This document shows, piece by piece, positions 49,620-59,737 of a stretch of DNA of 64,000 nucleotides. Numbering within the stretch: position 1 is the stretch's first letter; each line of letters begins with the position of its first letter. The notes below the pieces were generated by a model that worked only from the letters and a program-made list of their open reading frames with translations, ran no database searches and was not told the origin of the DNA. This stretch comes from Promethearchaeota archaeon (lineage in GTDB: Archaea > Asgardarchaeota > Lokiarchaeia > Sigyniarchaeales > SOKP01): assembly GCA_016839585.1 (NCBI GenBank), contig JAEOTZ010000016.1, positions 1-64,000 on the forward strand, written 5' to 3'. The position numbers and the translations under genes were made by a program.

Positions 49620-51920
49620 GTGAATGAAGAAATAAAAGCTCCTGAAGCAAAATTTAAGGCTATAATTAATAATATCAAGGAAGGGTATTTTGAAGTAGAC
49701 CTTGAAGGCAATCTAACTTTTTTCAATGATACATTATGTGAGCTTACTAGATTCTCAAGAAGTGAATTATTAGGATTAAATTATAAATATATAACCGATG
49801 AAGAAAGTAGAAAAAAGATATTTAACGGATTCAATTCTGTTTATAAAACTGGTAAAGAATTAGCTGATTTTCAATATAAATTTAAAGATAAACATGGGAA
49901 GACTATTATAGGTGAAACTTCAGTATATTTAAAATATGATACAAAGGGAAATAAAGTTGGATTTTATGGTCTATTTCGAGATATTACTAAAAGAAAGGAA
50001 GAAGAGGAAAAATTTAAAGCAAAATTAGAAAGATTAGTAGATAAAAGGGCAAAGGAATTAAAAGAATCAGAAGAAAAATACCGACTTATTACTGAAAATG
50101 CTAATGATATAATAGATATATTAAATAGAAATTTTATTATTGAATTTGCAAATGAACAAGCTACCTTTAACATATTAGGTTATAAATCTTCTGAAGTTGT
50201 TGGAAAAAGTGTATTAGATTTTCTACATCCTTTGGATAAGAATAAAGGATTAAATTCACTTTTAAAAGGAACACATGAAAAAGAAGGGATGGATGAAATA
50301 AGAGTAAGACACAAAAATGGAACTTATATTTGGCTAGAGGTTAAAGGCAAAGTTTTTGTTGATAGAAATGGTGAAAATAAAGGAATTTTGATAGGTCGAG
50401 ATATTACTTCACGTAAGGAAGGGGAGTTAAAATTAAAAGAATCGGAAGAAAAATTTAGAACATTAACAGAACAATCTTTTCTTGGCATTGCTATTATCCA
50501 GGATAATTTAACTAAATATGTAAATAAGCGAATTTCAGAAACATTCGGATATTCAATAGATGAAGTAATGACTTGGCAACCGGGAGAATTCATAAAGAGA
50601 ATTCATCCTGATGATAGAAATTTTGTTGTTGAACAAGTTAGAAAAAAGCAATTAGGTGAGCCAAATGCAATTGATCAATACCAGTTCAGAGGGCTTAAAA
50701 AGAATGGAGATATAATCTGGTTAGAAGTATTCTCAATAACAATTAATTATGAAGGAAAACCTGCAGACTTTGTTACTCTTATCGATATAACAGAAAAAAA
50801 AGAAGCTGAAGCAAAATTAAAAGAATCCGAACAACAGTACCGTTCAACAATTGATTCAATAAGAGATCCAATTCATGTTATTGATAAAGATTTAAAAATT
50901 ATTCTTATTAATAATTCAATTAGAAAATGGCTTAAGATTTTAGATATTAAAGAGGATATAATAGGTAAAAAATTAAATGAAGTATTTACATTTTTGTCTA
51001 AGAAAGTCTTTAATGAATATATACAAGTTTTTACTACTGGAAAACCACTCATTTCAGAAGAGACCAGCGTAATTAAGGATGAAATTTATTATACTGAATC
51101 AATAAAGATTCCAATATTTAGTGAAGATTTAGTTATTCAGGTAATTACTATTATCCGTGATATAAGTGATCATAAGCTTGCTCAGCAGAAATTAAAAAGA
51201 TCTAAAAGAAAATATCGTGAAGCTTTTAATAGATCTAACTTTTATAAGGACTTAATTTCCCATGATATAAACAATATTCTTCAAAATATATTATCTTCCA
51301 TTGAATTAAGTTCCATTTATTTAAATGAGGGAAAAGACACAAATGAATTAAAACAGTTACTGAAAATTTCTAGAGAACAAGTAAGTAGAGGAGCAAATTT
51401 AATTTCAAATGTTCGAAAATTATCAAGCTTGGAAGAAACAGAAATTTCTACTCATCCTATAGAAGCTATTGAAGTATTGAATCAATCAATAGATTTTTTA
51501 TTGAACAATTATCAAGATAAAAAAATAAATATAGATATTGAAAATCCTTATAAAACAGTCACAGTTCAAGGAAATGAGCTTTTAATTGAAATATTTGAAA
51601 ATATTTTAATTAATGCCGTAAAACATAATCAAAATTTCCCCATCGAATTAAAGATTAGAGTTTCAAAGATCCAAAAGGATAATTATAATTTTGTAAAATT
51701 TGAATTTAAAGATAATGGAATCGGTATATCTGATCCTGATAAAGAGATTATATTTCAGAGAGCCTATAGTATAGACAAAACTATTAGCGGAATGGGAATA
51801 GGATTATCGCTTGTAAAGAAAGTTTTAAATACATATCAAGGTCAGATTTGGGTTGATGATCGAATAGAAGGAGACTACTCAAAAGGAAGTAATTTTGTTA
51901 TATTAATTCCAGAGGTGTAA
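49620..51920 (+). CDS. multi-PAS (4) sensor histidine kinase
   Basis: PAS modules, HDINNILQ, DNGIG, GMGIGL. Confidence 0.93.
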   Translation: MNEEIKAPEAKFKAIINNIKEGYFEVDLEGNLTFFNDTLCELTRFSRSELLGLNYKYITDEESRKKIFNGFNSVYKTGKELADFQYKFKDKHGKTIIGETSVYLKYDTKGNKVGFYGLFRDITKRKEEEEKFKAKLERLVDKRAKELKESEEKYRLITENANDIIDILNRNFIIEFANEQATFNILGYKSSEVVGKSVLDFLHPLDKNKGLNSLLKGTHEKEGMDEIRVRHKNGTYIWLEVKGKVFVDRNGENKGILIGRDITSRKEGELKLKESEEKFRTLTEQSFLGIAIIQDNLTKYVNKRISETFGYSIDEVMTWQPGEFIKRIHPDDRNFVVEQVRKKQLGEPNAIDQYQFRGLKKNGDIIWLEVFSITINYEGKPADFVTLIDITEKKEAEAKLKESEQQYRSTIDSIRDPIHVIDKDLKIILINNSIRKWLKILDIKEDIIGKKLNEVFTFLSKKVFNEYIQVFTTGKPLISEETSVIKDEIYYTESIKIPIFSEDLVIQVITIIRDISDHKLAQQKLKRSKRKYREAFNRSNFYKDLISHDINNILQNILSSIELSSIYLNEGKDTNELKQLLKISREQVSRGANLISNVRKLSSLEETEISTHPIEAIEVLNQSIDFLLNNYQDKKINIDIENPYKTVTVQGNELLIEIFENILINAVKHNQNFPIELKIRVSKIQKDNYNFVKFEFKDNGIGISDPDKEIIFQRAYSIDKTISGMGIGLSLVKKVLNTYQGQIWVDDRIEGDYSKGSNFVILIPEV

Positions 51921-51925
51921 ATAAA

Positions 51926-52294
51926 ATAGCTTCGGTTTTCATTGTTGAGGATGATCAATCACTTAGATTGCTGTTTAGAAAAGTTTTAGGAATATCAGGA
52001 TTTGATGTGATAGGGGAAGCAAAAAATGGAGAAGAAGCTGTTTCTTTGTATACTTCCTTCCCAAAAAAACCAGATATAATTTTGATGGATCATAGAATGC
52101 CAATAAAAAATGGAATTGAAGCAACAAAACAAATCTTAAATATTAATAAAAAATCAAAAATTATTTTCACGAGTGCTGATAATAGTATCAAACAAGAAGC
52201 CCTTTCTATTGGTGCAAAAAGTTTTTTAGACAAACCTTTTAGTATTACAGATTTGATTGATATAATTAAGAAGGTTTCAATAAATTTGGAATAA
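51926..52294 (+). CDS. single-domain response regulator (CheY-like); probable ATA start
   Basis: VFIVEDD lies upstream of the TTG at 51968; DIILMDHRMP, FLDKPF; SD GAGGTG 51912-17. Confidence 0.9.
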   Translation: MASVFIVEDDQSLRLLFRKVLGISGFDVIGEAKNGEEAVSLYTSFPKKPDIILMDHRMPIKNGIEATKQILNINKKSKIIFTSADNSIKQEALSIGAKSFLDKPFSITDLIDIIKKVSINLE

Positions 52295-52335
52295 AGTTAT
52301 AAAGATTAAAAATTATTGAATCCTTTTAAAAGGTA

Positions 52336-53337
52336 ATGCCTATAGATTATCTAGACAAATTTAAAGGATCTCTAATTGGAGTTGCTATAGGAGATACTCT
52401 CGGACATCCTTTTGAAGGAATGTTGAGAGATGCTATAAGATCTAATTTTACCAATTTTAAAGATTTTATAAATGATAATAGGAGATTATTTAATAAATTT
52501 ACAGATGATACGCAATTAACGCTACATACTGCACAAGCTTTGATTCAAGGGAGAGGATTTAATCTCAACAATTTTGTAGAGGAATATATTAAATGGCTTG
52601 ACGATCCTCCAATTGGAGCTGGTTATGGATGTATTACTGCCGCAAAGAAATTAAAATACGGTATACCATGGAAAGAAGCTGCGTCGAATTCCGGTGGAAA
52701 TGGAACTACTATGAGAATTGCACCAATTGGATTGTTTTTTCATAAAGATATAAAAGTATTAAAATCATCAGCAATCACATCAAGTATTATCACTCATGCT
52801 CACCCAGCAGCTTCTGCTGGAGCGGTTGTAATAGCAAGCGCTATTGCATATTTAATTAATAAGGAACCAGAATCTGGTTTCTCAATAGATGAATTTTTTG
52901 ATGTGATTACATCTTCTATTTCTAACTCTCAAGATGAGATTTGGGAAGAATTTTGTGAAATTTTAGTAAAATTGCAATCAAGCCTAGATATGCCAATTGA
53001 AGCGGGATTAATAAAGTTTTCTCAAGCAGGAGTTAAATCTCCCTACTTTATTGAACAATTCTTAGGGAAAGCTTTTGTTCATCCTTATACTATAAGTACC
53101 GTTGTTTGTGCGATTTTTGTTTTCTTAAAAAATCTAAATTCATTTAAGGATTGTATTTTTGAGTTAGCTACTGCTGGAGGAGATAGCGATACAGTTGGTG
53201 CAATAGGAGGAGGTTTAGCAGGTGTTTATTCTGGTATGAAGAATATTCCAGATGATCTAATCAAAATGGTAAAGAATTATAAAAAAATTCTAAAAATTAG
53301 TGAAAAATTATTTGAAATATTTAAAGAGAGGTATTAA
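52336..53337 (+). CDS. ADP-ribosylglycohydrolase
   Basis: GDTLG, TDDTQ, GNGTTMR, GGDSDT. Confidence 0.93.
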   Translation: MPIDYLDKFKGSLIGVAIGDTLGHPFEGMLRDAIRSNFTNFKDFINDNRRLFNKFTDDTQLTLHTAQALIQGRGFNLNNFVEEYIKWLDDPPIGAGYGCITAAKKLKYGIPWKEAASNSGGNGTTMRIAPIGLFFHKDIKVLKSSAITSSIITHAHPAASAGAVVIASAIAYLINKEPESGFSIDEFFDVITSSISNSQDEIWEEFCEILVKLQSSLDMPIEAGLIKFSQAGVKSPYFIEQFLGKAFVHPYTISTVVCAIFVFLKNLNSFKDCIFELATAGGDSDTVGAIGGGLAGVYSGMKNIPDDLIKMVKNYKKILKISEKLFEIFKERY

Positions 53338-53342
53338 ATAAA

Positions 53343-53921
53343 TCATTTCAGTTTTTTAACAAATTTTAATAATCTTTTTGAGCAAATATCGCAAAATTGA
53401 GAAGGTTTTTCATCAGTATCTGCCAAAGAATTTGAAAATTGCATTATACAAAAATTATTACAGTGTTCTAAGCCGAATGTATGCCCTAGTTCGTGAATTG
53501 CTTCTTTTAAAACTCTTAATTCGAATAAAGAGTTGTCATCAGACCTCCTGTAGAAACTTTCTCTGAGACGTGTAATTGAAATTATGGCAACACTAGATAC
53601 TTTCAAATCTACTCTAAATGGTTTTAAAGCAATTCCAAATACAAAATTTAAGAATCCTGAATAAATGTCTTTATCCATTACTCCTAATACACGAAAGTAT
53701 TGCTTTTCTTTTACATAATTTTTTATTTTTCTCAATACTAATGAGGCATCATATTGATGCCTAATTTGGTTGTACGACGAATCCTCCAATGGAATCTCTT
53801 CCTCGATTATCTTTATAGATAATGAAAATTCTTTAAATGCCCATTGAAGATTTTTTTTTAATTTTAATATAATAGCAAGATCTAATTCTCCTATTCTTTG
53901 AAGATGAACTATGTTTTTCAA
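53343..53921 (-). CDS. amzA: archaemetzincin (peptidase M54)
   Basis: HELGHTFGLEHC..CIMQFSNS..FC..C. Confidence 0.92.
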   Translation of the reverse strand: MKNIVHLQRIGELDLAIILKLKKNLQWAFKEFSLSIKIIEEEIPLEDSSYNQIRHQYDASLVLRKIKNYVKEKQYFRVLGVMDKDIYSGFLNFVFGIALKPFRVDLKVSSVAIISITRLRESFYRRSDDNSLFELRVLKEAIHELGHTFGLEHCNNFCIMQFSNSLADTDEKPSQFCDICSKRLLKFVKKLK

Positions 53922-54035
53922 GTTAGTACCTTTCTTTTTATATTATTTCTATTAATCAAGAATATCTTTTGAATATTAAATAGAGAACATTACTTCTTAA
54001 TTCTTATTGAAAAAAAGAAAACTTGAAAAAAAATA

Positions 54036-54927
54036 TTAATGTTTTTGTTTTTGTTCTTCTTCATATAATTTTTTAATATAGGCTCGTAATCTCTCAAAAC
54101 TTTCATCTTCTCCCATGTTAACAGAACAAGATTCACAGTATTCAGAATTATTATTTATTTTTTTTCCACAAACCTTACAAAATGATTTTAAATCTTCCAT
54201 TACATATTCCTCCTGTTTTTTATCATCCTTATTTTTTAACCTATAAAATTTACTCTCTAAAATTTTTTTATTATTTTCACTAATTTCCTCATCCGTTAAC
54301 CAACTTCTCTCTATATTAGGTGTTCTTAATAAGAAAGGTTTTTCAATTGAATTTACCCTAATAATGCATTGCCCTTGCTGTAGCATTGAAAGATATTCTT
54401 TTTGCCTTTCTTCAAGATTTAATAATTCTTGCTTTCTACTATATCTTTAAAGATTTTATCCATCCTTTTTTTATAAGAACAATTTTCAAATTCTCGTAAA
54501 GTATCAACAATTTCACGCCCTATGTTCCCTATGCTCCGATTTATTTCATTAATTACACGAATTAATTCCCTCTGTTTATCATTATAATACAAATCCCTAG
54601 CTTGATATTCCCAATGCCTTTTTTTAATATAATCTCCCGCTTCTCTCTCTCTCTCATTTCAGAAAATATTTTTGCCATCTGTTCTTTCATGATAAAATCA
54701 GCATCATCACTGTTAGTAGTATTTGGCTTTTCTAAAATAGCGTGGACCTCATCAATGACAATGAGATATTTTAATTCTTCAGCTTCACTATCTTTGGTTA
54801 AAGTTCGTACAAGTTGAAATATGGCATTTACAATTAACATCTTAATGAATTTATTACACATGGACAAATCAAGGAGAATATTTCTTCCATCTAACCAACT
54901 TGTAACCCAATCTGGCAACACTTCCAT
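54036..54927 (-). pseudogene. fragmented HerA/VirB4-like ATPase (ORFs 54562..54927 and 54036..54386)
   Basis: Walker B LIVIDEVH and FSEMR in one fragment; LNLEERQKEYLSMLQQGQCIIRV plus Zn ribbon in the other; no Walker A. Confidence 0.6.
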
Positions 54928-54932
54928 TAATT

Positions 54933-55265
54933 TTAGAACCTTTTGGATCTTTTGTTCATCAAAATACCAGAATACCAGTATTCTGCAATTTTATCATTCG
55001 AAAAAATTTCACTCAATCCCCCTTTATTATATAGGTTTTTAATTTCTTTTTCATAATCTTCTTGACCGTATTCTTCGGAAGTAAATTCAATATGATAGAA
55101 AATAGGGCAATCATGATGAAATACCTTGCATGTAAAATCATTTAATTCTTCTCTTATTGGAAATTCTTCCACTAATTTGCCATAAGGACACCAACCAAAC
55201 CGATGGCATGGTTTTTTTGCGTTCTTATCAATAATTTCTGAAGTATTTAACCATTCACTAACCAT
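54933..55265 (-). CDS. small Cys/His-rich hypothetical protein
   Basis: KPCHRFGWCPYG...CKVFHHDCP; SD-like GAAGTGA. Confidence 0.55.
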   Translation of the reverse strand: MVSEWLNTSEIIDKNAKKPCHRFGWCPYGKLVEEFPIREELNDFTCKVFHHDCPIFYHIEFTSEEYGQEDYEKEIKNLYNKGGLSEIFSNDKIAEYWYSGILMNKRSKRF

Positions 55266-55490
55266 TTAATTCACTTCTTTGGTTTAATTATTATTTTATA
55301 ATATATTTATACAATTATTTATAAACAAAAAATAAAAACATCAATTATTAACGGAAAAACTTTTTTAGAGTATTAATTTTATTTATCTATACCATTTTAT
55401 AAATACAATAGCTCAATTAATTTTTAATTTGTCTCATTAGTAAGAGAGGAATTAGAAATTATCTTTAAGAAGGAACGCCCATTCCTTAAA

Positions 55491-55593
55491 GGGAGGGTAG
55501 TCTAGCCTGGTATGATTCTTGGTTTGGGACCAAGTAAACGAGCCAATATGACCGTTTTGGTAAGGGTCGGGGGTTCAACTCCCCCCTCTCCCA
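55491..55593 (+). tRNA. trnP: tRNA-Pro(UGG) with a 29-nt intron at position 43/44 (55535-55563)
   Basis: acceptor GGGAGGG/CTCTCCC, anticodon arm CTTGG-TTTGGGA-CCAAG, T arm GGGGG-TTCAACT-CCCCC; splicing leaves GGGTC variable loop; CCA not encoded. Confidence 0.92.
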
Positions 55594-55693
55594 TTTTGTA
55601 CTTTTTAATATTTAGTCAATTCTCTTTAAGAATAGGATAAAAAATAAATGAAATTTTTTCCGTTGTAAGAATTCTAATTAATTAGATGAGATT

Positions 55694-55996
55694 TTATAAT
55701 ATTTCATCTTTAATTTCTAGTGGCTCTTGTATCTCTATTGATTCTTCTGTATTGAAATAACTTTCAGCGATTAATTCTTGAATAGATGAGATAAGGGATA
55801 ACATAATAGCAGGATTATTAGATGTAATTCTATAGTATTCATAGAACCTACTTTTTATAGAATAATTTACTTGATTTTTGAAAAATTTTAGGATTTCTTG
55901 AATATCCTTATCCAAATCTTTATGTTTTTGTATCCAAGCAATAATAACTTTCTTGTTATGCTTTTTATCGGTTTTCACTTTAGTTTTTACAATCAT
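55694..55996 (-). CDS. hypothetical protein
   Basis: 100 aa ORF with ATG. Confidence 0.6.
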   Translation of the reverse strand: MIVKTKVKTDKKHNKKVIIAWIQKHKDLDKDIQEILKFFKNQVNYSIKSRFYEYYRITSNNPAIMLSLISSIQELIAESYFNTEESIEIQEPLEIKDEIL

Positions 55997-56198
55997 TTTA
56001 CCATTTGTTTTAAATACTTTAATAGAGTCCGATTAGTTTAACATTATTATAACTTAATATATTTAAAGAAAAAGAATTTTAAATAAAAAAAAAGATTTTT
56101 GAAAAATATTAGGCTTACTTTAATACTATTAAAATAGTTTTATCCGATATGCTGAAATTTTAAAAAAAGAAAATAAGTAATTCTATATAAATATTACA

Positions 56199-57752
56199 TT
56201 ACTTTTCAGAAACCGTTTTATCTAAATCATGAACAATCAATTTTGTGGTATTTTTCTCATTGAATTTCAATCTGCTCTTATTTAACTCATCGTCAATTCC
56301 GGCTATTTTTTTAACCATCGTTTTTCGGGCTTCAATGTCATATTGGGTTGTAATAGCTATTTCCTCCATAACTGGGCTTCCTCCTCCGTGGTAGCTTCCA
56401 AAAAGATGAATTCCTCCTGTTGCAGAACAAAGCATATCACCAACATACCGCCAGAATTGTGCGGCATTTTCAGGTGATATCTTTGGGTTTCTAGTAATAT
56501 ATTTATAAAGTTTGTCTTTCAATTTAGGATTAAGAAAATCTTTTTCGTGTGGGAAAGTTGCTGGAATACCACCTGAAATATCCGTAATTATCTCAGCTTC
56601 ACGGAATACATTTTCTCCGGTTAAGCATCTTCCAACATTGCAATAAATTGAGTTTGGAATGTAGCTTCCTGGCCCATAAGGAATAAGTCCTACTCCGGGC
56701 ATATATATTTCTGATTTTCCTAAATCAGAAGCAGTGTATCCCGCAGCATAACCAAGTTCTGTAACTAAGATTAATTCAGCTAATTTATGCCGAACATGTG
56801 TTGCCTTAGCTATGTTGTTATATTCTGCAGCCAAAGCTGCTGTTCCCGTTATTATATCTCCAATTGCGGGTTTGCATCCCGAGTAACTATGGCGGTGAAA
56901 GAGACCAAATAGTAAGGCAAGGGCACCTCCATGCTGGTATTCACCGCATAAAAAGACTCTTTCCCAGGGAATGAATACATCGTCAAAAATTATATATGAA
57001 TCAGTGGCTCCTGGTTGAAAACCACGTGGAAAATGTTCTCTATTACGATAATTATGAATGGTAACCACTTGAGTAACACCCTCATAATCTCCAGGTACAG
57101 CGAATGCAACCGCATAGTCTTTATCTTCTGGTCTTAAAGCTCTTGTTGGGATAACTAGTAGTTCATCAGAAACGGAAGCTTCTGAGATATGCAATTTACA
57201 GCCACGAACTATAATTCCATCTTTCTTCTTTTCTACAACATGAACATACATATCAGGATCTACTTGATCAGCAGGACGTTTAATTCGATCACCTTTTACA
57301 TCAGTTTGAGCACCAGCTGCGACTAAGTCTTCCTGTTGAAATCTTAATAGCCATTTTTTAAAATTTTCGTGGTAACGAGATTCTCCATTATTTAGTTTAT
57401 CAGCCTCATATGAAACATTGTATATCGCATTCGCTGCATCGCAACCCATGCATCGTTGAATGCATCCACCAACTTTTTGACATAATTTACGCGTCATATC
57501 TTGCTTTTTATGAAGGTCTTCAGTACTATGATGAATATGCGTAAATCGATTAATAATTTCACCCGTAAGATGAGATTTTACTTGTACTAATTCTTTGTAT
57601 TCAGGATCGTTGAAGGCTTCGAATGTAGTTCCAATCGTATTTAGACAAGCCATTTGGCGGTCATCTAATCGATCAATTTGTTCGCCATCATAATAAAGAT
57701 TGGATTTCATTTTACCTAAATCTTTCATGTACTGTTCTTTTGTCCTAACCAT
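56199..57752 (-). CDS. 4-hydroxybutyryl-CoA dehydratase / 4-HPA hydroxylase family protein
   Basis: CIQRC, QTDVKGDR, FHRHSYSGCK Fe-S ligands, HGGGSP. Confidence 0.88.
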   Translation of the reverse strand: MVRTKEQYMKDLGKMKSNLYYDGEQIDRLDDRQMACLNTIGTTFEAFNDPEYKELVQVKSHLTGEIINRFTHIHHSTEDLHKKQDMTRKLCQKVGGCIQRCMGCDAANAIYNVSYEADKLNNGESRYHENFKKWLLRFQQEDLVAAGAQTDVKGDRIKRPADQVDPDMYVHVVEKKKDGIIVRGCKLHISEASVSDELLVIPTRALRPEDKDYAVAFAVPGDYEGVTQVVTIHNYRNREHFPRGFQPGATDSYIIFDDVFIPWERVFLCGEYQHGGALALLFGLFHRHSYSGCKPAIGDIITGTAALAAEYNNIAKATHVRHKLAELILVTELGYAAGYTASDLGKSEIYMPGVGLIPYGPGSYIPNSIYCNVGRCLTGENVFREAEIITDISGGIPATFPHEKDFLNPKLKDKLYKYITRNPKISPENAAQFWRYVGDMLCSATGGIHLFGSYHGGGSPVMEEIAITTQYDIEARKTMVKKIAGIDDELNKSRLKFNEKNTTKLIVHDLDKTVSEK

Positions 57753-57910
57753 TTCTCATCAATTTTTTAAATTGTTTTTTTTGGTTTAATTCTTTAATTA
57801 TAATTATATATTTATAATTTTAATACAAGAAGTATTAAATTATTTTGATTTATAATTTTTTATAAATCAATATTTGATATATTTTTGATTTTTATTTTTT
57901 TTTAAGATTT

Positions 57911-58012
57911 TATAGCGCATCACAATTCGGACCCGAAAAAGGAGCCAAGATGCGAAAATGCACTTTTTGTTTAGATAGACACCTGGAAAATAAAATACCA
58001 GTAAGTGTTGAC
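57911..58012 (+). pseudogene. relic of a DmsB/NrfC-type 4Fe-4S subunit
   Basis: isolated GC-richer patch translating YSASQFGPEKGAKMRKCTFCLDRHLENKIPVSVD. Confidence 0.55.
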
Positions 58013-58018
58013 TTAATT

Positions 58019-59083
58019 TTATTTATTTAAGAATTTTTTCAGTTCTTTTGTGATTTTTTCGGTTTTTTTATCTTTTATCCAATATCTGATTTTCGAGGAT
58101 TGTAGGAATTTCTGAATTTTATCATTTAGTTCATTTAATTTTTTTCGATCTTCATCAGAAAGCTGAGGGATTTCTTCTTCTATTTTTTCTTTTACTTTTT
58201 TAATTTCTTCTTCAATAATAGGAATTTCTATTTGTACTTTTCCATAAATAAGTCTTTTTCTTAAGATTTCTTTTATATTTTTTATCCACCCTTGAATCCA
58301 AGGAAAATTGCCTTGTTTCTTTGGATCAATTATACTAATTGTTTTTCTATCAACAATTATTAAATCATCAGGGCAAGAATTTTCACACGCTCCGCAATAA
58401 AAGCATTCATCCTCATTACAAGCAATTTTTCCATATTTTTTTACATCCTCGGCACTTTCTGGAATAAAGAAAGATTCGGTAGGACATATGTTCACGCATG
58501 CTTTACATCCTTGTGGATCGCATTTATAAAGCATATTCTTTTTAATAATTACTTCTCCTTTTATAGGAGAATCTATATGAAAACATTGAGTTGGACATTC
58601 TTTTTCAATTCTATAGTAATCTTGTATATTATTTCTAGTTCTAACATTTAAACATAGAATACATATCTCGTTTTTTTTATCTTCTATACATTTCTTTTTG
58701 TCAATATTAAAAAAATTTCCAATTGAAGGATATTCATCTATATTAATTTGCCCTTCAGGTTCAATAGATTCATGAAAAGCGTCATTTGGACATACTATTG
58801 CACATAACATACAATAACAACATTTATCATAATCTATTAATATTTTAGGATTACTCTCATCTAAAATATTTTGGGCAATTTCAGGAATAGGTCCAAGTTC
58901 AATTGCATCGACAGGACATACTAATTTGCATAAACTACATCCAATACATTTTTCTATATCATATGTAAGCTTTTTATTAACTTCTTTAAATTTCCAATTA
59001 AGAATGAGTTGTTCTGGAGTGATCTCGATATCCTTATTTATTTGTTCCTCTTGAGTTTCTTCTTCGGGAGATGTATTTGAAAT
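58019..59083 (-). CDS. polyferredoxin (FwdF-like 4Fe-4S protein); probable ATT start (first ATG 58810)
   Basis: several CxxCxxCxxxCP motifs, including CIGCSLCKLVCP and CCYC upstream of the ATG; stop at 59090-92. Confidence 0.85.
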   Translation of the reverse strand: MSNTSPEEETQEEQINKDIEITPEQLILNWKFKEVNKKLTYDIEKCIGCSLCKLVCPVDAIELGPIPEIAQNILDESNPKILIDYDKCCYCMLCAIVCPNDAFHESIEPEGQINIDEYPSIGNFFNIDKKKCIEDKKNEICILCLNVRTRNNIQDYYRIEKECPTQCFHIDSPIKGEVIIKKNMLYKCDPQGCKACVNICPTESFFIPESAEDVKKYGKIACNEDECFYCGACENSCPDDLIIVDRKTISIIDPKKQGNFPWIQGWIKNIKEILRKRLIYGKVQIEIPIIEEEIKKVKEKIEEEIPQLSDEDRKKLNELNDKIQKFLQSSKIRYWIKDKKTEKITKELKKFLNK

Positions 59084-59180
59084 CTTTATTCAACCATTCA
59101 TTCCATTTTTCAAATCTATTTAATCCAAATAGTCCTTTATAATTAATTTTAATGTGCTAAATAATTAAAAAGAAGTTTTA

Positions 59181-59681
59181 TTAAGAGTAATAAGTGTAGC
59201 TTTCTTTATCAAAACCATAAATATATTCAATAGAAATTCCATCAGGTTGAAGATCTAAAGGAGCATAAATTAAAGGCAAGTTCGGAAAGTATGTTCCGAT
59301 TCCTTTCTTTGCTAATATTATCGCAGGATGATCTACATCTTTATAAATTTTTTCGCTAATTATTAATGTTATCGCTCTACATTGTTGTTCATCTAGGATT
59401 CCTAAAGAGTGAACATATTCATGTAAAAGTATATGATATGTATAAGCCCAAATTATATCATGAGGTTGTTCTTCTAAAATGATCTTTAAAGGAGTTTTAT
59501 TCATGAGTATTTCTGTACCAGGGTAAAAGTGCATCCCGCCTATAAAGCCTCCCCGAAAAATACCCATCTCAACTAACCCTAAGCTTAATCCTGCTCGATG
59601 GCGTCCATATATTTTTCTAACATCTTTTTTTACTTTTTCAAAAATTCCTGGCATTAATTTTTTAAAATCGTGAAAATTCAT
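59181..59681 (-). CDS. zincin-like metallopeptidase domain protein
   Basis: HILLHEYVHSLG. Confidence 0.75.
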   Translation of the reverse strand: MNFHDFKKLMPGIFEKVKKDVRKIYGRHRAGLSLGLVEMGIFRGGFIGGMHFYPGTEILMNKTPLKIILEEQPHDIIWAYTYHILLHEYVHSLGILDEQQCRAITLIISEKIYKDVDHPAIILAKKGIGTYFPNLPLIYAPLDLQPDGISIEYIYGFDKESYTYYS

Positions 59682-59737
59682 ATAATAACCTCAAATTCTT
59701 ATTTTAATATACAAAATTGATGAGGATTAAGACAATT

